Below, piece after piece: positions 57,067-64,000 of a DNA stretch of 64,000 bases. Under the pieces are notes generated by a model. That model did no database searches. It saw nothing but the letters and a program-made list of their open reading frames with translations, and had not been told where the DNA came from. This DNA is from Polyangiaceae bacterium. GTDB lineage: Bacteria > Myxococcota_A > Polyangia > Polyangiales > Polyangiaceae. The position numbers and the translations under genes are program-made. The DNA lies in contig CBDCTZ010000016.1 of the NCBI GenBank assembly GCA_965222375.1, positions 2,176,001 through 2,240,000 of the forward strand, written 5' to 3'. Within the stretch, counting starts at the first letter, position 1. Each line of letters begins with the position of its first letter.

Positions 57067-57903
57067 ATGACGTCCGCACACGGACAGCTCGCCGCCGCTC
57101 GGGATGCCCTCTCGAAGCAGGGGATCCAGGCCCCCGACGTGGGGGTGGTTCTCGGCTCCGGGCTCGGTGCCTTCGGGGACCAGCTCGTGGAGCTGCACAA
57201 GATCCCCTACTCCGACATTCCGCACATGCCCCAGAGTGGTGTCGTCGGTCACGCAGGCAATTTGTGTCTGGGGCGGGTCGGGCCTGCGCGAGTGGCCTGC
57301 CTGCAAGGGCGCGTGCACTTGTACGAGGGGCACGCCCTCGACCGGGCGACCTTCGCGGTTCGGCTCTTGGCGGAGCTCGGCTGCCGCGCAGTGGTGCTGA
57401 CCAACGCTGCGGGCGGAGTCAACGAGGGCTTCAGCCCCGGCGACTTGATGTTGATCTCCGACCACTTGAACCTGACCGCGCGCAGCCCGCTGATCGGCCC
57501 GAACCCCGAGGGGTTGCCGCGCTTTCCGGACATGACAGAGGCCTACGATCCGGAGATCCGGCAGGCCGCTCGCAGTGCCGCAAAGGAGCGCGGAGTGACT
57601 CTACGCGAGGGCGTGTATGCTGCCTTGTTGGGGCCGAGCTACGAGACCCCAGCGGAGATCCGGATGCTACGCACTCTGGGTGCCGACGCGGTGGGCATGA
57701 GCACCGTGATCGAGGTGCTTGCCCTGCGTCATCGTGGCGTGCGGGTTGGCGCGATGAGCTGCATCACGAACCTAGCGGCGGGGATGTCCGGGCAGCCCTT
57801 GGACCACGCCGAGGTCGAGCAGATCGCCAAGCAATCTCGCGAGAACTTCGTGGGGGTCCTGGCGCGCTGGTTGGAACTGACCTCGGAGCTGACACGAGCA
57901 TGA
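57067..57903 (+). CDS. punA: Purine-nucleoside phosphorylase (trimeric type)
   Basis: VLGSGLG, QGRVHLYEG, TNAAGG, GPSYETPAE, VGMST. Confidence 0.95.
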   Translation: MTSAHGQLAAARDALSKQGIQAPDVGVVLGSGLGAFGDQLVELHKIPYSDIPHMPQSGVVGHAGNLCLGRVGPARVACLQGRVHLYEGHALDRATFAVRLLAELGCRAVVLTNAAGGVNEGFSPGDLMLISDHLNLTARSPLIGPNPEGLPRFPDMTEAYDPEIRQAARSAAKERGVTLREGVYAALLGPSYETPAEIRMLRTLGADAVGMSTVIEVLALRHRGVRVGAMSCITNLAAGMSGQPLDHAEVEQIAKQSRENFVGVLARWLELTSELTRA

Positions 57904-58313
57904 GCCCAGAACATCTGGCGAAGCTGGTCGAGAGTGCACGAAAGGTCGCTGAAAACGCCTACGCGCCGTACTCGAAGTTCCGCGTTGGCGCCGCGATTGC
58001 AGCCGAGGACGGCAAGACCTACTTGGGCTGCAACGTCGAGAACTCCACCTTTGGCGCCACGGTATGTGCCGAGCGTTCGGCGGTATCAGCGATGGTGGCG
58101 GGCGGCGGCAAGGCCGCATTGGCAGTCGCCGTCTACACCAGCGCGAAGACCCCGACGTTCCCATGCGGTGTGTGCCGACAGGTGCTCCACGAGTTTGCCC
58201 CCTCGGAGGATCCGGAAGGTGGCGGCACTCTTGTGATCGCGGCGATAGACGGCAAACAAGAACAGGTGCCGCTTTCGGAGTTGCTACCCCGCGCGTTTCT
58301 CCTCAAGTCATGA
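57900..58313 (+). CDS. cdd: Cytidine deaminase
   Basis: AYAPYSKFRVGAA, NVEN, CAE, PCGVCRQ; ATGA overlap. Confidence 0.95.
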   Translation: MSPEHLAKLVESARKVAENAYAPYSKFRVGAAIAAEDGKTYLGCNVENSTFGATVCAERSAVSAMVAGGGKAALAVAVYTSAKTPTFPCGVCRQVLHEFAPSEDPEGGGTLVIAAIDGKQEQVPLSELLPRAFLLKS

Positions 58314-59650
58314 CGGTCAAGCTCGACGAGTGCACGCTTCTGCAAGGCGCGACCATCGTGACCTGCGACGCCGACAATCGCGTTGTCCGCGGAGACATTC
58401 TGATCGACGCAGGTCGGATCACGAAGATCGGTAGAGTGAAGCCACCCAGCGGTGCGCGCCTTGTCGACGTCAGCGATCGGATCGTATTGCCGGGCTTGGT
58501 GATGGCTCACGTGCATCTCTGCCAGGCGCTGATGCGAGGCATGGCGGACGACTTGCCGCTACTCGATTGGTTGAAGCGCAGGATTTGGCCCTTGGAGGCC
58601 GCTCATGACGAGCGCTCCCTGCGCGCCAGTGCGGAACTCGGCCTTTCAGAACTCATCCTGGCGGGCACCACCTCGATCTTGGATTTAGGTACGGTCAACG
58701 GCCACGACGCCGTTTTCGACGCCTGCGTGCGATCGGGCATTCGCGTCGTCGGGGGCAAGACGCTCATGGACTCGGGTGCTGGCGTGCCGAAGCGGTTGAA
58801 GGAGTCTACACGGGCTGCTTTGGCAGATGCCGCGCGCCTCGAAGCTGCCTGGTCCGGGCATGAGAGTGGACGCGTCCGCTACGCTTGGATCCCGCGGTTT
58901 ATCTTGTCTTGCTCCGAGAAGCTGGTGCGCGGCTGCTTGGAACGGGCTCAGAACAGTGGCGCACGCTTTCACACTCACGCGGCTGAGCACGCGGGCGAAC
59001 GCGAGGCCGTGCGCAAGATCATGGGGGCTGATGACGTCGATGTGCTCCGGCGTTGGGGCATGCGCGGTAGTTTCGCGTCGCTGGCTCATGGCGTCCAACT
59101 GACTGCGGCTCAGCGCCGCCGGTTGGCAGCGGATGAGGTCTCCGTGGTGCACTGCCCGAGTGCCAACCTGAAGCTCGGCAGCGGCATCGCGAACGTGCAT
59201 GCCCTGCGCAGCGCCGGCGTCGTCGTCGGTCTGGGTCCGGATGGTGCGCCATGCAACAACAACCTCGACCCTTGGGTGGAGATGCGCCATGCGGCGCTAC
59301 TCGCCAGCGCCACATCCGGACCCGGGGCGGTGCCTGCCCAAGACATCCTGCGCATTGCGACGATCGATGGCGCTCGGATTCTCGGGCTCGATCACGAAAC
59401 GGGCAGCTTGGAGGTCGGCAAGCGAGCGGATTTGGTCGTCGTGCGCACGGATGGCGTGCAGGTGGCGCCGGTGACGGATCCCGTGGCCACGTTGGTTTAC
59501 GCGACTCAAGCGCGCGACGTGGAGCATGTATTCGTCGACGGTCGCAGCTTGGTGAAGCAGGGGGAGTTGACGACCTTGGACGCCGTCGCCGTTGCAGCAA
59601 AGGCTGCTGGCGAAGGAAAACGCCTGATGCGCCGCGCAAAACTCGCCTGA
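58310..59650 (+). CDS. Amidohydrolase (5'-deoxyadenosine/MTA-SAH deaminase family)
   Basis: HVH, HTHAAE, AHGV, HCPSANLKLGSG, DGAPCNN. Confidence 0.9.
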   Translation: MTVKLDECTLLQGATIVTCDADNRVVRGDILIDAGRITKIGRVKPPSGARLVDVSDRIVLPGLVMAHVHLCQALMRGMADDLPLLDWLKRRIWPLEAAHDERSLRASAELGLSELILAGTTSILDLGTVNGHDAVFDACVRSGIRVVGGKTLMDSGAGVPKRLKESTRAALADAARLEAAWSGHESGRVRYAWIPRFILSCSEKLVRGCLERAQNSGARFHTHAAEHAGEREAVRKIMGADDVDVLRRWGMRGSFASLAHGVQLTAAQRRRLAADEVSVVHCPSANLKLGSGIANVHALRSAGVVVGLGPDGAPCNNNLDPWVEMRHAALLASATSGPGAVPAQDILRIATIDGARILGLDHETGSLEVGKRADLVVVRTDGVQVAPVTDPVATLVYATQARDVEHVFVDGRSLVKQGELTTLDAVAVAAKAAGEGKRLMRRAKLA

Positions 59651-59688
59651 GGCGGCGCGCGGCGCAGCGCGCATGTCATACTTGCGAC

Positions 59689-60459
59689 GTGGCGGTACCG
59701 ATCCTGCCGGAGATCCCCCCGGAACTCGTCGTCTACGACCGACCCTCGACGTGCCCGTATCTGCCGGAGCGCGTCGCCCGCCTGCCTCTGCGTCTGCCTG
59801 TGCGGCGCCTATCCCGGGACGAATTGGATGAGCGCCTTGCGGCGGGCGATCGGCGTCAAGGTGTGCTGCTGTATCGCCCGAGCTGCCCGAGATGTCAGGC
59901 CTGCGAACCGATCCGCGTTGACGCAAGCCGGTTTGCCCCGTCGCGCAGCCATCGTCGTGTGCTCCGCCGCGCCGCGAAGGCCGTTCGTATCGAGATGGGA
60001 TCACCACGATGCGATGAGCAGCGCGTTGCCCTCTACAACGCACACAAGGAAGGTCGCGGCCTGGCGGACGCACAGCCGCCCATCGACGAAGAGGGCTATC
60101 GGGACTTTCTGGTGGAGAGCTGCTGCGAGAGCTTCGAGCTTCGCTACTTCGTGGGCACGGAGCTCGTGGGCGTCGCTGTGGTGGACCGCGGCGCGGACTC
60201 CCTGTCCGCCGTCTACTGCCACTTCGATCCAGCCTACTCCCGGCTGAGCCTCGGGACCTTCTCCATCTTGCAGCAGCTTTCCTTGTGTCGGCGTTGGTCT
60301 CTGTCTTGGCTCTACCTGGGCCTGTACATCGATGACTGCGCGCCCATGCGTTACAAGTCGAGCTACTTTCCCCACGAGCGTTTCACCAAAGGGACGTGGC
60401 GTCGCTTCACGGCAGCTGCTCGCGCGCGCCCCCCAAGCGAAGCCTCCCACTCAGATTGA
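59689..60459 (+). CDS. ate: Arginyl/leucyl-tRNA-protein transferase (ATE/Bpt family)
   Basis: CPYLP, GDRRQG..YRPSC..C..C, SAVYCHFDP, SLGT, YLG, MRYK. Confidence 0.92.
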   Translation: MAVPILPEIPPELVVYDRPSTCPYLPERVARLPLRLPVRRLSRDELDERLAAGDRRQGVLLYRPSCPRCQACEPIRVDASRFAPSRSHRRVLRRAAKAVRIEMGSPRCDEQRVALYNAHKEGRGLADAQPPIDEEGYRDFLVESCCESFELRYFVGTELVGVAVVDRGADSLSAVYCHFDPAYSRLSLGTFSILQQLSLCRRWSLSWLYLGLYIDDCAPMRYKSSYFPHERFTKGTWRRFTAAARARPPSEASHSD

Positions 60460-60501
60460 AAAGACAGCAGAAGAGCGCGTTTGAATAGTCCCGCAGGCGC
60501 C

Positions 60502-60559
60502 GTGGTTTTTTGGGGTCGGTTCGCTGTCCGGCCCTAGGCCACTACTCCCGAGTGGGGCC
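60502..60559 (-). repeat. Intergenic REP-like repeat, same family as the IS110 target
   Basis: Minus strand reads GGCCCCACTCGGGAGTAGTGGCC...CGACCCCAAAAAACCAC. Confidence 0.65.
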
Positions 60560-60874
60560 AGCATGGAGCGGGTTGCCGTTGGTCCCAGCCCGCTTGCTCG
60601 GCTCGGCAAACGCGCAGAACGGACCTTTGAAGACCACCTCGAGACCGGGGCCGTCGAGCCCTGTGTACAAATGGCGCGGGGGGCGCGACGAGGTCACCGT
60701 ATGTGGAATCGGGCGGCGCCCGATTCGGGTGGCAGCGCGCCTGTTGCGTACGTGGAACGGTGGAGGCGCGTCGGTGTCGGCCGGTACCGTGACGTTTCGA
60801 AAGGTCGATCGACGGGGCAGAGCATGACGTGTACGAGCGTTGGCATTGGTGGAGCGAACGGCGGAGCTAGCTGA

Positions 60875-61159
60875 GTGGTGACTGGTAGGAAATCTGGATT
60901 TCTCCTGATCGGGGTGGCGCTCTTGGTTGGCGCGCTTGCAGTCGGGGGGGCGATTGGGTTCTGGGTGCAGTCCGCTGACTATCGACGACAGCGCTGGCTG
61001 ACGATACTCGATGACCCGTCACTCGTGTGGGGAGTGAGCCCATTGCTGCTTGCGACATCCGCCCTGCTGGCGCTGGCTGTCCTCGCAGCTCCGATCTTCA
61101 TCTGGAAAGGTACTCGAGGTCCAGGGCCCACACATGGCTCCGCCATTGCGGAGCCATGA
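60875..61159 (+). CDS. Small 2-TM membrane protein
   Basis: Two hydrophobic helices. Confidence 0.5.
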   Translation: MVTGRKSGFLLIGVALLVGALAVGGAIGFWVQSADYRRQRWLTILDDPSLVWGVSPLLLATSALLALAVLAAPIFIWKGTRGPGPTHGSAIAEP

Positions 61160-61229
61160 CACTGGCGCGACCGCCACGTTGGTTGGAGTGCTCGAGTTCC
61201 GACAGCGGCGATCTTTCTACACAAGGAGC

Positions 61230-61583
61230 ATGCAGATGGTCTCGAGGCTGATGTGGGTCGTGGGCGCCTCCTGCCTACTCGTGCTGCCTGGCGCAGCGTG
61301 CCGCGACGGCAGCAGCTCACGAGTGCAAGAAGGGACGTGGTGCTACCTTGAAGGTATCGACCTTCAGCAATGCGCTGAGGGCCTGTACTGTGATCCACAG
61401 CTGGACAACGCGGGTAGGTACGTACGCAAGAAGGTCAAGTTTGACCAGCACCATGCTGTTGGAACCTGCAAGCAGCGAGGCAAGCTCGGGAGTGTCTGCA
61501 AAAGCAACAGCGCCTGTGACAAAGATCTGAAATGTGGATTCGAAAATGGCGGAGACAAGGAAGGCACCTGCATGAAGCAGTAG
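61230..61583 (+). CDS. Cys-rich small lipoprotein
   Basis: AAGGAG RBS, GAAC lipobox, Dickkopf-like Cys pattern. Confidence 0.7.
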   Translation: MQMVSRLMWVVGASCLLVLPGAACRDGSSSRVQEGTWCYLEGIDLQQCAEGLYCDPQLDNAGRYVRKKVKFDQHHAVGTCKQRGKLGSVCKSNSACDKDLKCGFENGGDKEGTCMKQ

Positions 61584-61634
61584 CTGGGGGCTTCGTCATC
61601 AGCGAACTCCAGAAGCGTGCATGGTCGTGAGCTG

Positions 61635-61799
61635 TCACGCGGTGACGGCATTCTTGCGCCGGAGCGTTGGAACCAGGCAAAGCGCTGCAAGGATGGCCAA
61701 GCCGACGAAGACTGAAAACAGGCTGGACCAGCCGTAGGTCTCGCTCATCCAGGGCACGAGCAGGCCCTGGAGTACGGCGCCCACGGAACCCATGCCGTT
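61635..61799 (-). pseudogene. 3' fragment of an MFS transporter (OPA/GlpT-like)
   Basis: NGMGSVGAVLQG..GW..LF..LCLVP* corresponds to the last two TMs; not in the ORF track. Confidence 0.6.
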
Positions 61800-61802
61800 G
61801 TC

Positions 61803-62085
61803 TCAGTTGTACGTGTAGGTTCCCAGCAGCATAGGCGCGATGAGCACCTCGTGCTCGCGCGCGCCGCTCTTGCCGGTCGGAGGGTGCTTGTCAGTACCGC
61901 TAAAGCGACCGAACATGCCGCGCAGTAGCAGGCCAGCAGAGTTTTGCGCGCCGGTCCACACGTCGTAGCCGACTCCGCCGAAGACGATCCAGCCGCTTGA
62001 CCCTTGTGCCGTGTTCCAGTCCCCCTGCCGCTCCGTCTCCCCCACAGTGAATAGGGCAGGGCCACCGCCGGCCTCGAAGCGCTGC
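61803..62085 (-). pseudogene. 3' fragment of an outer-membrane beta-barrel gene
   Basis: FEAGGGPALF..GGVGYDVW..LLGTYTYN*; no signal peptide or start. Confidence 0.55.
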
Positions 62086-62228
62086 AGAAGTATTCGCGCA
62101 AGTGAGCGCCGCGCACGTGATCAAGGTGATGAACAGACGTTGAGCGTCAGTTCGCATCCACCATTCTGCACTCCGCGCGCCACGAATTGGTGCGTGCTGT
62201 CGAACCCAAACATGATTCGAGTGTCGGA

Positions 62229-63488
62229 CTACGGTTTCCATTCAGGGGTGGGCACGCAGTCCCATTGGAGGGCTGGGTGGTCGAGATCGAGATCGACGAG
62301 CCAAGTCTCGACCGAGGCATTGTCGAACCAACTGCCGTAGATGTGACTGCCGTGGAGGGACTTGTAGCGGATGTACATCTCGCGTGAAGTTAGGCGACAG
62401 CGCTGCCCCGTCTTCATGTCGAACTTGGCAATCGACGTAGACACACCCTTGAGCTCGGAGAGCGAATCAGGATTCGCCGGCTGGCTGTCGCCCGGTTCGT
62501 TCCAGACGACGAGGTTGCCATCGACAGCTGGGTAGACCTTTCCGCGTGGTGCGTTGGGCGAGTCGAAAGTCACGCGGCGCGTCTTCTTGGTCGCTATGTC
62601 GTAGACGTACACTTCGCCGCCGCTGCGCTTGAACATCGCTGACCCGGGGCCAGGCGGGTCGCGATAGTCGATCCAGACGTATTGCGTGCGTGCCGGGGAA
62701 CAGGCAGCTTGCATTTGCCAGGCGCCGCCGTAGTCGACGGGCTTGGCGTCCCCGGAATCTGGATCAATGGACAGGATTCGCCCATCCTCGCAAAGCAACG
62801 CGCTGTCGCTGGCGCAGTACGAAAAGCAATCGCCGGTGAGCCGCTTGACGGCTCCCGTCTCGAGATGCCTCGACCAGATACCTCCGTTGAAGACCCAGAA
62901 CACGTGGCGAGGGCCGAGCATCGTGCGCGAGACCGAGTTGGTGCCCGCCTCCTCGGGGGTGTAGCGGTGGGCGATCTTGGTTTCTCCTGTGATCAAGCTT
63001 GCAATCTCCACCTGGCCGTCGGCGATGCCGAAGGAGCGCACGTAGCTGGTGTGGTCGCCGTAAACTGACGAACGCTGAGGCGTGCCTGGGTCGAGCGGTA
63101 TGACGAACGTGTTTTGATCCCCGACCTGGGTGAAACCAAGCGCTTTGTTGGTGCTGCTGATGAACCACTTGTCCGAAAAGGAGTGCCCGAACGTGGCCGG
63201 GTTTCTCAGCGGGAGGTTCAAGGCCACACGACACCCCGGCCCACAGTCGGGTAGGTTGTCCGGCGGATACGACGTCCAGTTCTTCGGCGCTGTCTCATGC
63301 CACACTGGGTCCCAGGCTTCGCCACCGGCGCCTGCGCTTCCGCTTGCCCCGCTCTCGCCCCCGGATGCGGCAACTCCACTGTCTCCTCCGGAACCGCCGT
63401 TTGCGCCATCATCCGAGGGACAGCCCACCACAAGAGCAAGTGGCAAGACGCTAGCCGCGCCCAGTGAGAGAGCTTTGCGTCGCCTCAA
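62229..63488 (-). CDS. Lipoprotein with a TolB-like beta-propeller
   Basis: VVGC lipobox, Gly linker, VWIDYR..EVYVYD..YPAVDGNLVVW. Confidence 0.75.
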   Translation of the reverse strand: MRRRKALSLGAASVLPLALVVGCPSDDGANGGSGGDSGVAASGGESGASGSAGAGGEAWDPVWHETAPKNWTSYPPDNLPDCGPGCRVALNLPLRNPATFGHSFSDKWFISSTNKALGFTQVGDQNTFVIPLDPGTPQRSSVYGDHTSYVRSFGIADGQVEIASLITGETKIAHRYTPEEAGTNSVSRTMLGPRHVFWVFNGGIWSRHLETGAVKRLTGDCFSYCASDSALLCEDGRILSIDPDSGDAKPVDYGGAWQMQAACSPARTQYVWIDYRDPPGPGSAMFKRSGGEVYVYDIATKKTRRVTFDSPNAPRGKVYPAVDGNLVVWNEPGDSQPANPDSLSELKGVSTSIAKFDMKTGQRCRLTSREMYIRYKSLHGSHIYGSWFDNASVETWLVDLDLDHPALQWDCVPTPEWKP

Positions 63489-64000
63489 GGCACTACCCTG
63501 GCGAGCGCGGCAAATGCGCCATGCCTCTTCAACCGCAGCGTGCCGCCGTCGCGACGCTTGACCCAGCTGGCGACGTTGTGGCTGCCGGCGAGCGTGATGC
63601 GCTCGCCGCGCAGGTCGAAGACGGGTCGATGTTTCTTCCCGAGACCCACGCCATAGGCCCGCCCACCCGAGGCATCCGCCCGCAGAGCCCAGAGAGGCTT
63701 CTTCAGGTGCACGAGACCCGCTACCGTCGGCGCGCCGCCTTGCGTTGTGCGCAAGTCGAAGACATGTTTGCCGGTAGAGACGAGCAAGCGCGAGCCATCC
63801 ACAGGAGCCAGCTCAGTGATGCCCTTCAAAAAGCCCGCGAAGTGCCCAAACTTCTTCGCCAGCTTGCACGCCCATACCTTTGCTGGATCGAGGTCCAAGG
63901 GGATCAGCTTTCCGTGCTGGCCGAGGGGCACGAGGACTGACATGGACAGTACGCGTAGCTCAGAGTTCAACCCGCCGCCAACGATGGCCAACCCCAGCGG
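63485..64000 (-). CDS. Hypothetical protein, partial (continues beyond the window)
   Basis: Open frame reaching the window edge; stop overlaps the start of the downstream gene. Confidence 0.45.
   Translation of the reverse strand, partial: PLGLAIVGGGLNSELRVLSMSVLVPLGQHGKLIPLDLDPAKVWACKLAKKFGHFAGFLKGITELAPVDGSRLLVSTGKHVFDLRTTQGGAPTVAGLVHLKKPLWALRADASGGRAYGVGLGKKHRPVFDLRGERITLAGSHNVASWVKRRDGGTLRLKRHGAFAALARVVP

Noticed and set aside
60472..60640. MITE bounded by GAGCGCGTTTGAATAGTCC / GGACCTTTGAAGACCACCTC
   Set aside because: The inverted repeats are too degenerate and there is no target duplication; only the internal repeat was kept.
60460..64000. Integron cassette array
   Set aside because: No integrase, no attC-like RYYYAAC/GTTRRRY cores and mixed gene orientations.

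Overview
High-GC window that looks like a Myxococcota (Polyangiaceae-like) chromosome, judged from MYXO-CTERM tails, several Hanks Ser/Thr kinases, an FHA-sigma54 activator and many Gly/Cys-rich lipoproteins. Core genes: lysC, priA, infA, an Slt transglycosylase, an ECF/FecR pair and a punA-cdd-deaminase-ate run. Accessory parts: (i) a signalling cluster bracketed by two paralogous NTPase-TPR-wHTH regulators (4.9-15 kb); (ii) an intact IS1111-type IS110 element (19.8-21.4 kb); (iii) a mosaic island (34.9-44.2 kb) with a GT-C glycosyltransferase, an IS481 relic, lower-GC glycan-related genes and an IS66 carrying a passenger gene; (iv) gene fragments at 60.5-64 kb. The top candidate is the IS110. 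Its 3' non-coding end contains a guide complementary to its own insertion site and a guide identical to its circle junction, and the junction-matching module is duplicated at a 60-nt period. The insertion site belongs to an intergenic repeat family with two further copies in the window. Second is a shared 18-20 bp palindrome lying upstream of two sigma54 promoters. No tRNA, rRNA or CRISPR array was found. All calls come from reading motifs by eye; no database searches were run.
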